A stretch of 59,087 nt of DNA, counting the filler, from Sphacelaria rigidula (lineage: Eukaryota): NCBI GenBank assembly GCA_964200075.2. It is 6 parts of 6 records of this genome, joined end to end, with 100 filler letters (N's around TTAATTAATTAA, not from the genome) between each part and the next. Parts side by side here need not be neighbours in the genome. Positions count along the whole stretch, not along the records: positions 1 to 9,765 come from CAXNAA020007811.1; positions 9,866 to 19,630 come from CAXNAA020007812.1; 4 more parts are not named here. One strand, given 5' to 3'. This document shows, in pieces, positions 1 to 11,327 of the stretch (the stretch's first letter is position 1; each line of letters opens with the position of its first letter). The notes beneath the pieces are model-generated. The model saw nothing but the letters and a program-made list of their open reading frames with translations. It did no database searches and was not told the DNA's origin. A program made the translations under genes and the position numbers.

Positions 1-53
1 GAGGTCAATGGTCTTATGACTATGGCATGCATGATCATGAGTACCCCCCCCCT
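1..53 (+). mobile_element. C-tailed SINE-like retroposon, 3' end
   Basis: GGTCAATGGTCTTATGACTATGGCATGCATGATCATGAGTAC followed by a C run; same terminus as the other copies. Confidence 0.8.
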
Positions 54-88
54 GTCCTCTCGTCGTCCCGTTTGTGCTTGCCGCATAG

Positions 89-250
89 TTGGACCTATGG
101 AAAGCTTTCACTCCGTTCGAGCCGGGCTTGTGGTTTGCCCTCATGGTGGCCCTGCTGATCACGATGTTCCTCCTGTGGCTATTCGAGGGCGCCAAGAATG
201 ATCAGTTTTCGCACGGCAACTGGGGTAACCGCCGTCGGACGGTAACAAGG
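89..250 (+). CDS. Ionotropic glutamate receptor-like (GLR/iGluR) channel, exon: pre-M1 and M1
   Basis: TAG acceptor at 86-88, GTGAGT donor at 251, phase 0. Peptide LDLWKAFTPFEPGLWFALMVALLITMFLLWLFE matches the iGluR 'F..PF...LW...hydrophobic...W..E' pre-M1/M1 pattern. Confidence 0.85.
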
Positions 251-562
251 GTGAGTCTTTCAGGCTATTTGAAAGGGTGAATGACGTTTTTCGGTCATAC
301 GCACCGTAGATCCATTGTGAGGTTTTCGCACATTGTTTGTTTTTGTCTGTCTGTCTCTGCTTCCCCCGGTCTTGTTGCGAGCTTCGTTTTTTGCGCGCTT
401 CGTTTTTGCTCATGCTTGGACTCGGAATTATTTTCAACCCTTTTCCCGTTATTATTTGTGTCTTGGATACACTTTTGCTCCTAGCTTTGTAGGGCACTCG
501 AGGGTATACTTGCTTTCTGTCGTGATGTCATGCCCTCGCCCTCTCCCCGCCCCTCCTCCCTT

Positions 563-1069
563 CAAGGGTTGACGTCGGTTGGCATCAACAGTGTGAAACA
601 CGCGACGCACTGCGTAAGCTAGGCAACCAGGTATCATTTTTTTTCGTCTTTTTTTTTAGGTGACCATGATGACGGTTGAGTTGGATCATATTGTGCAGGG
701 TGGAAAACCCAACTCTGTGCAAAGGGCATGATCGTACCATGCAGTGTTTACATGGTGAGACACCCATGAGGAAGCGTATAAGCCATGGCTGTCTCTGGAA
801 GTGGCGGTACTAGAGAATGAAGCAACTCATTCGAGACATTCATCCATGTACAAGATAATCAGTACGCCTCGGACCGAACAATCTTCGCACGTTGCAGCTT
901 ACCCCTCATGCGACTCGCCGAATACATCACGGCGCTTCGCGCTTGGCGATTGTAGGTCTGGTCCGGCGAAATCCCGGCGTGCTCCGTCCCGCTTTGTAGA
1001 GATGTAGGGATGCGAGGTCAACGGTCTTCCGACTGCAGCATGCAAGATCATGAGTACACCCCCCCCCCC
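563..1069 (+). mobile_element. C-tailed SINE-like retroposon, near full-length (~500 bp)
   Basis: Homologous end to end with the reverse complement of 40015-40512. Starts AAGGGTTGACGTCGGTTGGCA and ends CATGAGTACA+C11. CCCTCCTCC occurs on both flanks. Confidence 0.85.
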
Positions 1070-1320
1070 TCCTCCTCCTGGGAATGAGTTTGCGTCCTCA
1101 AGGGATGAAGCCATCTTACCCAGTACACTACCTGCCTTGCACTGCACTATCGAGTACTGTATCAGCAACCGCGCGCACAGCCCGTCAAGGCTTATTTGAA
1201 ATATTGCATAGAGTATCCCGTGTCTGCTTTTCGGTCACCACCGACACCCGCGTTCCCCGTTTCTCACGATGTATCATGGCCTCCAAACCTGGGGGAAAAC
1301 GAAAACTAACAAAAAAACAG

Positions 1321-1500
1321 GGCCTATCGCGGTCGGTGTACGTGACAGCGTCGCTCATGATGTCTCAGCTGACGCACAAACCCGAGACGCTGGAGGGATA
1401 CCTTCTGACGCTGGGGTGGATGTTTGCGTCTTTTGTGCTGGCGGCTTCCTACACGGCGGAGTTGGCTTCCTTTCTCACGGCTTCCAAGCTCGCTGCGGCG
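1321..1500 (+). CDS. GLR/iGluR exon: M2 pore loop and M3 (SYTAELASFLT)
   Basis: CAG acceptor at 1318-1320, GTGAGA donor at 1501, in phase with the previous exon. GYLLTLGWMFASFVLAASYTAELASFLT is the iGluR M3 SYTANLAAFLT motif. Confidence 0.9.
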
Positions 1501-1543
1501 GTGAGAGAGTAGTTATGACGTTTGTTTTTTCTTTTTCCTTGAC

Positions 1544-1768
1544 GGAAGGATGAAGCCTGACCCAACACATACCCTGCAAGAGGGTTCGTGTCCCGATTAT
1601 CCGGAGGCTGGGCTAGACTACGCCGTGGCAATCATATGGATGTAATTTCGGCGCCTCGAGCGTTCGCAAGCTTCGCTCAAGGCAGTGTGGGGGTCGGACC
1701 CACTAAAACCTCTGTCAACTTGGCGCAGTGCACGCGCTGCCATGCTCTCAAGAGCTTCGGCCCTAGGA
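1544..1768 (+). repeat. Dispersed ~230-bp repeat (homolog inverted at 11092-11327)
   Basis: Shares GCTCAAGGCAGTGTG, CCTCTGTCAACTTGG, GCGCAGTGCAC and CTTCGGCCCTAG with the reverse complement of 11092-11327. Confidence 0.75.
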
Positions 1769-3173
1769 GTTGTGACGTTGCCTCGTGTGTATGTTGTCAT
1801 GTTGTATGTGTGTGTCGTGCGCGTGTGTGTTGTGCGCGTGCTGAATATTTTCGTGCTCATTCAGCTAGGTACCAAAGTATAAGTTTTGGTCGTTCTTACG
1901 GCTATCGCGTGGTGCTGCGTGCCTGCTGTCATATGACATTCTGTTGTATGTGCGGTGAAAGTGGACGCAAACTATATCGAGCATGTCACCGACACCATCG
2001 ATGTTTTGTTTTACAAAACCCTTCATGATCGAATGAAATGTACGCCGCCGAAGCTCCTTGTATCAGCTGTCAAGTCACCATCATATGATACTACAACGCG
2101 TGGACACACCAGTGCGTGACAAGGTGGTCATAAAGAGGTGCCACCCCGGGACTTCGTGTTACCTTTCAGTAATCCTGCATTATCGTTTGATCTGTCTTTC
2201 ACGAATATTTCGCAGTGTAGGCGTCTTTGTTTTTCGCAGTGTTGGTGTACTTAACCTCCCTCTGTTGGCTTCTTAGTAATATGGGTATGGATTGTATGCT
2301 CCTTGTGCTATATGACCACGGGTTCAGGATATCGAGGTAATGTGACGGAGATAATCACAACAGCAGTAATGATACATGTGTAGGGCAATTCTCGACACCT
2401 AGCTTGAGATAGTTCACGAACCAGACGTTCACTTTTTACGGTGTACTTGCCGCATTTGTTTAATATTGTATGTAACAAAGGGTGGTATTTTAATTTTTCA
2501 ATTCTGGCATTACACCCCAAATTTTCCTGTAAGCGGGGAGGGCGCGGGGTGTACTCTAAATCCAAGTCTTGGGCTGCGTGATGTGGTCAGACTTCTGGAA
2601 ATGAAGTTGGTTCACGTTTTGAAAGTATGTTTCCGGAGTCGGAGCATCGATTTATTCACACTGCCTCAAGATCATGGTACGAGTTGACGGCGAGTCCGAG
2701 GATGGAACGGATGCGGTAATTCAAACAAGCACCAGTGAGGTGACTGAGTTTCGGAGTTTTCAAGGAGACCGCAACACATCCTACAGGGAGATGTAGCAAA
2801 TGATCACTTCACCCATGCAGTTGTTTATGTGCGTTGGAACACTCCGGTAGCTAGTGAGTAGTTTGCAGAGAGACCTTGATACTATTTTAATGCTTTTTGG
2901 ACAACACGAAGTGTAATTTTTGATTGGGCCAAAAAATGGTGATAGGGAAAGAGGAGGATAGTGCCTGGACCGAGAGATATGCCATGCCTCGTATGAAGTA
3001 TACATGTATATTCAACCCCTTTTTGGAGGAGAAGGGGTAGATGTGATAATAGTGAAGTGGCCTATGATGGGGTTCATATGACAGCTTCGTTGGGGAGGGG
3101 TTGGCAAAGTCATTGTAAGGTTTGTGTACTTGTACGTGTACCCCCCCACCCCCGCTCCCTCCTCTCGCTCTCC

Positions 3174-3402
3174 TTGGAGGCTGTCATCCATATGCAAGAT
3201 AATGCTGTGCTTCGAGCCGAACAATCTTGCAGGATGCTGGTCACCCCTCATGCGACTCCCAGAATAGATCACGGTGCTTCGCGCTCGGTGATTGACTGCG
3301 AGCCTGGTCCGGCGAAACCCGGTGTGCTTCGTCCATGCTTTGTGGGGATGCCAGGTCAACGATCCTATGACTGCGGCATGCAAAATCATGAGTACACCCC
3401 CC
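3174..3402 (+). mobile_element. C-tailed SINE-like retroposon, 5'-truncated, with TSD
   Basis: 3' part of the family. Direct repeat CTCGCTCTCC at 3164-3173 and 3404-3413. Confidence 0.85.
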
Positions 3403-3497
3403 ACTCGCTCTCCACCTCTCCTTCGCTGTGCGTGGTCACTGTAACTCATGTGGATGCCGTAACGTGTTATTTGTCGGATGTGTGTTTGTATCGACAG

Positions 3498-3627
3498 AGC
3501 ATCAGCATTGAACAGTTGAAAAGCGGAGAGATACCGGCATCACGGGTGGCGTTGTTGCAGGGTGGCAACCTGCAGGAGGTGTTTGAACGCGATTTCATGG
3601 GATGCAGTGACGACGACTGCGCTGAAG
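3498..3627 (+). CDS. GLR/iGluR exon: start of S2 ligand-binding lobe
   Basis: CAG acceptor at 3495-3497, GTGAAT donor at 3628, phase 0 start. SISIEQLKSGEIPASRVALLQGGNLQEVFE resembles the S2 start 'I.S..DL......G...G'. Confidence 0.75.
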
Positions 3628-4452
3628 GTGAATACATATATATATATATATATATTTAGGTATATCCTCTGCAGTCCACCGAAACCCGCGATTTTTTAGG
3701 GATACGTGTCCCGAATCGAATGAGAATACGATACGATGATGAAAGTTGTTCATGTTGTCTGGGGGATCAGACGTGGGGATTAGGGGTAAGCCTCGAGGCT
3801 AGGTTGGGGAGATGATTGCATGGCAATTTCCCCCCGTTTCTTTGAAGCATGTGATGGAACAGAGCGGGAGAGAGTGAGAGCGCGCCCAGATCGGGGAGTG
3901 ATCTGTTCGAGACCGAGCGTCATTAAGCGGCACTCACCCGCGTCTCTCATTTTTACAACCGTCTGATACAGGCTGTTATAGTGGAGCAATTAAAACCAAG
4001 CACCGAGCTCGGCGATACCTCTTTCTGTCTCTCGACTCTGAGTTTTGCATGTACTGTACTGCACTGTACTCCATTTCTGACAGCAGGATTCGTACAGTTT
4101 CAACATCTCATGTTCATCTTGGAGCAAGTTTTTCGTTCCGCTTGTATGTACCCCGAGCTTCGGGGTATGCGTCCGTGTGGCGGCAACAACAAAAAAAAAT
4201 GTGACCTCCGAAAATGGTGCATGACACGGCACAGGACAGTACAGCACTGCAAGAAGAGCCACCACCGAACTCGGTGCCTCTCTCTCTACCGCGACCGCCC
4301 TCGAGCTCCATTATGGAGCTGTCAAGTAGTCTGAAGAGGAACTTCATGATTCACAATGAGCTTATTCATATTGATTATTCGTTGTTCAGCTACGTTTCGA
4401 AGTGGCCTCTTTGTGCAAGAATTGGTCAACCTCCCTCCCCCCCTCCCCCTTA

Positions 4453-4770
4453 TGGTGAGACATCCATGAGGCAGGGCGCAACCCGTGACTGTCTCTGGAA
4501 GTGACGATACCGGAAAACGAAGCAACTCATTTTAGGTTGTCATCCAAATGCAAAATAATCAGTATGCTGCGGGCCGAAGAAGCTTAGCAGGATGCAGCTC
4601 ACCCCTCATGTGACTCAACGAACACATCACGGCGCTTCGCGCTCGATGATTTCGAGCCTGGTCCGCTGAAAACCTGGTGTACTCTGTCCCGGCTTCGTAG
4701 GGAGGTAGTGATGCGAGATTAATGGTCGTATGGCTGCGGCATGCAAGATGTGGAGTACCCCTCCCCCCCC
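4453..4770 (+). mobile_element. C-tailed SINE-like retroposon, 5'-truncated
   Basis: Family homology. Flanks CCCTCCCCCCCTCCCCCTTAT and CCCTCCCCCCCCTCTACCTAT form a degenerate TSD. Confidence 0.85.
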
Positions 4771-5164
4771 TCTACCTATCGTAGGATCATACCCCAATTC
4801 CTCCGTGTATCACCCTACAACTTGCGACCCTTTTCATTTCAGGGTTTCTCGGGGGTCGAAACGTGGATTTCAGCGAAAAGCCCCACCCATGGACGAGGAT
4901 CTCTAATCGTAGGTCCCGTTTGGTTTTCATACCAAAACCTACTACAACTGCAGTATACAACAAGAAAATTACTCGATCGGAGCAAGCTTTAGTCTCAATC
5001 TTTACCTTACAAGCTAATTATTATGATTCTTTGGCTGCTCATACTTTTTCCCCATCATTTTTACATGTGGGTGTGTATAAATGCGAAGAAAAAGTAGAAA
5101 CATTCACGAAGAGGTGACAAACCAGGCTGGCTCGTGTGCAGCACTTCCTCGTTTTTTTTAGGGA

Positions 5165-5465
5165 TATACACGTTACACGTGCCATAGCGTTACACGTCAC
5201 GTTCACGTTACATTTGGCCGAAAAGTATCGTAAACGTAAAAAACAAGAACGTGATGAACGTAACGTCAAGTTTTCAAATGAAACGTTACGTAACCTTGAT
5301 TTTTTTGAACGTGACGTGCGTAGCGTGACGTGAACGTTTAATTGCCCGAACGTTCAAAACATGTAATATGAAACGTTTCATGTGACGTGTAACGTCTATC
5401 ACACGTTACACGTGCATCAGACGTTACATGTCACATGAAACGTCATAAACATGTTACATGAAGCG
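5165..5465. repeat. ACGT/CACGTTAC-rich repeat block with a 25-bp inverted repeat
   Basis: Many ACGTTACACGT/ACGTGAAC units. Arms 5373-5397 and 5419-5443 are complementary with one mismatch. Confidence 0.7.
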
Positions 5466-7656
5466 GTAACACTTCAAATTTGCGATACATTTTCAAATCC
5501 ATGAAAACTGTGCTTCAATAAAAACCAGTGAGTTTGAATGGCCATGGTATTGGACATACTCTTTCAGTAAGTTCGCGCGCTCCGCGCCATCTCACAGATT
5601 ATAAGCTATCGTGACAACATAACATCACAACATGATGATTATCTTGACGACACTCATATTGAGAGACCGGGTGTAACGTACACGTGCACGTGGCGTTCAC
5701 CTGCACCAGTCATGACATGGATCCAGGGGGGGGAGCCGCAGGTCCACAACGAGGAGGTGCCGCAGCAGCAGCAAATCTCGGCCGTTGTCTGTAGCTGCAG
5801 TATCTGATGCGGGACTCGCCTACCCCGTGGTCGATGACTTGCAGTGTGCAGTCAGTGTTTATGTAGTGGGCGGGGATGAAGAAGCGGTATATAGGCAGTC
5901 GTCCTCGGTAGCTGAGAATTGCCCAGAACGTTCAAGGGAGTATGCAGCGGTAGCTGCTGCTACAGTCGGAGAGGCGTACTGCACTGTACTGCACTATACT
6001 CCATGTATTCGCGCCGCAACGCTGATACCTTTCGAAGAGAATTTGCCGCATGCAACAAAGAGGGAAATCGCGGCCCACCCCGACCACAAAGGGCTGTGTG
6101 GCAAGGTGATGAGGACAAAAATATCATCCAAAGCCACAAGTGGCGGGCGGCCCACCCGTCGCCGCATCTCGTTGGAAGCCTCTCTACCTCGACCCATCCT
6201 GCTTGCTATATCAGATTTACACTACTCGTACCCAATGCGCACCCTGCACCTGACAAGAGATTGGATAAAACTGCCGTTCTTCCCCATAACCCTGCGGTTA
6301 CATGTGCGAATTTTTAGTAACACGCCACTGTTTTGTGCAGACGCCAGACACGTCATTCCCAACCAGCCTCATTGGTCGTTCTGGAGGCCCGGTCCCAAAA
6401 GGGTTAGTCCACTTGTTATCGTGTGAAAACGTTTTCTCTGAATACTGCCTTTTTTGAGCCCTTAACGGATTGGAGTTCCTTCCTCGGAAAGATTTGCTAT
6501 GCTTTTCACGATAATTCTAGCATATTTCCCCGGTTTATCGTACGCCCACTTTTGCCCTTGGCAGGATTTCGGATTTATTCAGTCGCCCCAAAGACCTTTG
6601 AGTTGTCGGGAAAAAATACGTTTTTTTCGAACGAATGGACGATTTTCGTGGCAACTGAGAAAATTCAGAATCCGGCCAAGAGTAAAATTGGGTGTGCAAA
6701 AAGTTGGAAAAGTGCGCTAGAATCCTCGTGACAAACATGGCAACTCCTTCCGAGGAGGCCAAATCCGCCAAGGCCTGTATTCTGCCAAAAAATTGCGATA
6801 AAGGGCTCAAATAGGACAGTTCCCAGAGAGTTTGTTTCAAGAAGCGGACTTACTCTAAAAAAACGCGTTTTTTTAAATCACTTGAAAAGTGTTTTTTTGG
6901 CCTGTCGCCAGAAAAGCGCTTTTTTTCATAATGGTTTTTTAATACATCAGAAGTGGCCCAAGCCGAAATAGACAGATACATCATTTTGTTTTTCGTCCAC
7001 AAATCTAACAACGAGTTTGATTCAAAAAGAATTTACAGGACGGTGTAATAGCCACAGGGTGGCGTTGTAGGCACCCCTTTGGTTGCATTTCTACGATCCC
7101 TACTTATGGTTGATCATGCGCCCCTTTTTCACCTCAATAGTCTACACTACCAACGAGCAGGGTTTTGTTGTGAACATTACTTACTGTGGATATGTCACAC
7201 GAGCACTTACTGTGGATTTGTGCTCGTGTGAATCGGCATCATTTTCAAGTCGAGATGATGCCGATTAACAAAAACAATAACCGTCACTGGGTTCTCAGAG
7301 GGTTGAATTTTCACCGTGAACGAGATCCTCTCTCCACACGACAAAACTCACGAAACACGCTGAGGCGGTGCACGCATGCTTTGTGAGTTTTGATGTGTGT
7401 GTTCTTGTTCGCCATGTGTGTGTTCTTGTTCGCCATGTGTGCCTCTTCTTCTCCGCAAGCTTCTCCGATAGTGGTGATTTTCGCGAGAAACAAACACACC
7501 CTAGACAATACATGACATGAACACTAGTGCATCCGTAAACGGCGTGGTACCTAATACTGCAGACGCCTCCATCCCCCATCCGACGTTGCGCCCACATGAC
7601 GAATTCCACGAATATCAGAACTGAAAATCAGGTACTGTACTAAAAAAAAGACGAAG

Positions 7657-7909
7657 GAGCAATACTACGATATGGGTTACACTTTTTGTTTCTGGGCCTC
7701 GTTGTTCTAGGAGCACAAATATATGGGGCTTACTGTGAAACCCAAGTCTCCGGGGACAGGACATGGAAGTGCACACAGGGGCCTTTTCGTGAATCGGCAT
7801 CATTTTCCATTTTTTTCGAGTGAAAATGACGTCGATTCTCAGAATAATTCGTGCAACACTCCGGGAAACATTTTCGCTCAAAAAGTGCAACCCTACCGTA
7901 GCATCACTC
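7657..7909. mobile_element. MITE with ~30-bp TIRs starting GAG (second copy 47958-48231)
   Basis: Ends GAGCAATACTACGATATGGGTTACACTTTTT and AAAAAGTGCAACCCTACCGTAGCATCACTC, flanked by GAAG on both sides. A 4-bp TSD with GAG termini would fit a Sola-like element (tentative). Confidence 0.7.
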
Positions 7910-7981
7910 GAAGTCGAAACATACAACTCAAGATTACCACTTCGATGCGATTTTGGGCCTCTTACCCCTTATCCTCCTCAC

Positions 7982-8160
7982 CTGCGGCGTTTGTTGACCA
8001 TGGTGATTAGCCCGCGACGGGAGTGGTAGTCCTGCGGGTTTGCCTGCATGTGCTTAGTCAAATACACAATCTTCTCCGTAAGGATAGCAGCCTGCACTTG
8101 CGACGAGCCGGAGTCGCTCTCGTGCTTGCGCCACCTGAGCTGGGCTGCGGTTTGAGCGAG
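7982..8160 (-). CDS. rps15: Bacterial-type (organellar) ribosomal protein uS15, internal exon
   Basis: [49 protein letters not shown] matches the uS15 core (H..DTGS.EVQ.A.LT.RI..L..H...H..D.HS.RGL..MV..RR). GTGAGG donor at 7981. The 5' boundary (AAG acceptor) is uncertain. Confidence 0.88.
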
Positions 8161-9765
8161 CTTGTTAAGATAAGGCTTCCAGAGCCACGGGGGTTGTTGT
8201 ATAGGAGACGAGCAATACGGAAGAACGGGGAAGGCATAGGGCAAGGATACGCCTCAAAACTGGGTGCCGTCGTGAAGAGAATGAAGTGTGATGGGCGCGA
8301 GTACGGAAGGCAGTGGAGTTAACCGGAGTTGGGCTACAATCTGATATTACTTGGTTTGGGTGCAAACAACGAGAATCGGTTCGCTGGTCGAGCTTGACAG
8401 CCCCGTGTGCTCCCAGCGTGCGAAGAACGCATTTTCGTTCAAACCGGCGTCTGTGGCACCGATTTGAGGTCTACGAACGCACACTTGAGTTGGGGAACCC
8501 TACGCACCCCCCTTGCACAAAAGTTCTCGGTATGTCTGGAGTTGGAGTTGGGGTAAGGGTAAGGGTTAGCGACAGTTGTGATATGTGCCATCCATGGAGA
8601 GACGGTAGCCCAGCTCTAAAGGTGTGAAGGTATGCATCGATTAACTCGTATCGTTTTTTTTTCCACGTAGATATCTTGCGAAATCATCTGTGAGCGGGAA
8701 CAAAAATGATGGAGGTGGTCACGTTCAGGTACTATATGCCTGAAACACGCCTCGGACAATTTCAGGTATACGCTCTTGATTCAGTGATCAGGACACCCCG
8801 AGTACGGCCGTTCGATTGATCGAATAGTGAAATACTTCCCTCCCCAACCTGTACCCGCATCCTTCGTGAATACTACCGCAGTACCTGAACGTATCGATCC
8901 ACATCTAGGCAAGATAACACCCTGGGATCAACTGCGGAGCTTGTATGATTCTTGCTCAAGGGAAAGTTGTTGATGAGAATCCAGTCACACGTGTGGGCAC
9001 TGATTAGCACACATGGGACTCGATTGAAAATGACAGCAATAACACACGTCATAAAGATGACTACAAACGCATTTTGACGTTGGCAGTTACGCTTGAACCC
9101 TCTTTTTTTCCACCCGAGGCTTTCCGTCTTGAAAATACCGACATGCGGTTGGAACATGGCAATTGTATGCGTTAATGACCCATTTACGATCCCAGATTGA
9201 AACGTTTCTTCAGGAGGAGGACCACAAAATGTTGCAGTCTAGTCTATGCCCGCGGTTCAGCACGCAGCTTGGACTCTGGGGCATCATCCGTCTGTCTTGA
9301 AGACTCACAACGGCGGATGCGTATGCTACGACTACTAGTGAAACTTTCGTGAATGCCACACCGCATGCGGTGCTTACACCTTCACCGCTCGTGGTGGCAT
9401 CCATCCACCCACCCAATACAAACGTTAGGCACTGTCTGTACCGTACTTTCTCACTGCAAACAGATGTACAAGTCAATGGAAACTGTTCGGGGGGGGGGGG
9501 GGGGGCAGCAAGATCTCCCCCCGTTTGTGTCAGGCGTCGTGTGGTTCATCAGAACAACTATTCCGAATCCTTCGAAATAGCCAGGTCCGAACAAATAGCC
9601 ACACGCGTCGGACAGCTCATGAGCTACATAAATACCGTAATTATGCGGGTCATCGCACAAGTACGGTATTGCTCCTTCACCAGTGTACCAATCCGGATCA
9701 TGAGCTAGCTCATTTGCCCCCCCCCCCACCCCCCCCCCCCCCACCGACCCCCCCACCCCCCCCAC

Positions 9766-9865
9766 NNNNNNNNNNNNNNNNNNNNNNNNNNNNNNNNNNN
9801 NNNNNNNNNTTAATTAATTAANNNNNNNNNNNNNNNNNNNNNNNNNNNNNNNNNNNNNNNNNNNN
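9766..9865. other. Artificial contig spacer N44-TTAATTAATTAA-N44
   Basis: Identical 100-nt spacer occurs five times; the linker gives stop codons in all six frames. Confidence 0.98.
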
Positions 9866-9916
9866 ATGGTCAAACGACTAAGGCAAGCAACAAATGAGTA
9901 CGCCCCCCCCCCCCCC
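9866..9916 (+). mobile_element. 3' terminus of the zinc-knuckle LINE with oligo(C)
   Basis: ATGGTCAAACGACTAAGGCAAGCAACAAATGAGTACG followed by a C run; matches the ends of 27303-27650 and 29663-29937. Confidence 0.75.
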
Positions 9917-10084
9917 AACTCCGTCATTCTTGACCATTGCTTTATATGTAGGGTAGCAGGGAGTTTGACGCATTGCCTCTCACGGAAACAAGGACTGTCC
10001 TTATCGTTCGTTTACTGCAGATCCGTGAGTCATTAAAGTAGGAACTTCCAAATGATGACGCTTCGATTACTTTCAATAGAAAAT

Positions 10085-10215
10085 TTGGCGAAAACGAGTC
10101 CAAGCGGTGGGAATTCCCAGCTGCTCGTTGTGCTCAGCTTTTTTCACTCCGATTTACGTGTAGAGTTTGACTCCCCAAACCAGTCCCGTTTTATGGTTGG
10201 GGCTATCGTAGAAAA
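10085..10215 (+). repeat. Dispersed repeat (homolog at 55865-56005)
   Basis: Shared GTGGGAATTCCCAGCTGCTCGTTGTGCTC..CTTTTT..CCGATTTACGTG..CTCCCCAAACCAG. Confidence 0.7.
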
Positions 10216-11091
10216 TCACAATGGTGCCAGTGCCCTAGTACAGCACGTCGGGTTTGTGAATGACCCTTGGCGCGGCCACGTAACACACCACGGCATGCAG
10301 CATTGCATGCCCCCCATTGATTGAATGATGGATTGCCATATATTAACTGATCCCCGACGTACCCAGCCGTGTTTGGTCATTATTCTTAAGATGGACGTGC
10401 CCAAAGTAAACAAAGTGGAAACGCTCGCTCAACAAAAATAAAATCATGCTGTACTGGATTGTACTTTACACGATGCATGGCAAAAGTAGCCATGTAAGAA
10501 AGCGTACCACTCTGCGGGGTTGCACAGCGCCCCAAGCACGCTCTGTTGTACACGCTCTGCCCTTCATCACATGCTCTTGAGTCGCAAGGGGTTTTATCGC
10601 ACGCTCTCTCTCCATCAGCGAAGTCAACAACCAGTCTTCGGTTAGATCAGACACGTTTCTGTCAGCTATAGAGCACACAGCACTTCTGCTGCAAGACAAT
10701 TGGGTATTTGAACATCAACCCTCGCTTGCTGAAAGTCATCCTGGGCTTTGACGGCGAGCACAGTTGCGATGGGCACCACAGATATCCCAAAGCGCCCGCA
10801 CGCACATGCTGTTGATTGTGTCGTCTACTGCATCGTCCACCCAAAAGACAGAGGATTTGTCGATAGCACGCCGAAAACAATCAAATGGCCCTGAAAAAAA
10901 GATTCGTGTCAGAGTAAAATAAAAGTATGTACTTGCTCAAGGCTGTGGCACACACGACGGTACCAGAAGGGATGAAAGCACCAACACTAGCATAGCACAG
11001 CGCTACTTTTAGGTTGTTTCCATTGCTACCGTATAGTGTGTGTAACACGCTTTTGCTGGGTACTGATGGTGGATGTATACTTGGAGAAGAC

Positions 11092-11327
11092 TAGGGCCGA
11101 AGGTCATAAAAGTAGAGCGACGTGTGCACTGCGCCAAATTGACAGAGGCACCAAGTTGACAGAGGATTTAACTGGGTTCGACCCGCACACTGCCTTGAGC
11201 AAAGCTTTCCGAACGCCTGAGGCGCCTATCTCATCTGACTGCCGCGAGACGGTCTAGCCGAGCCTCGGGGTAATCAGCAAACGAACCCGTTGGCGGAGTA
11301 AGTGTTGGGTGAGGTTTCCTCCTTCCT
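11092..11327 (-). repeat. Dispersed ~230-bp repeat (homolog of 1544-1768)
   Basis: Reverse-complement homology to 1544-1768. Confidence 0.75.

Noticed and set aside
4114-4331. Terminal rps15 exon beginning (R)LLD
   Set aside because: The phase fits, but the following residues (SSIMELEGG) do not resemble the uS15 C-terminus.
9810-9821. Regularly spaced TTAATTAATTAA palindrome as a biological repeat
   Set aside because: Always embedded in N44 pads; it is an assembly linker.
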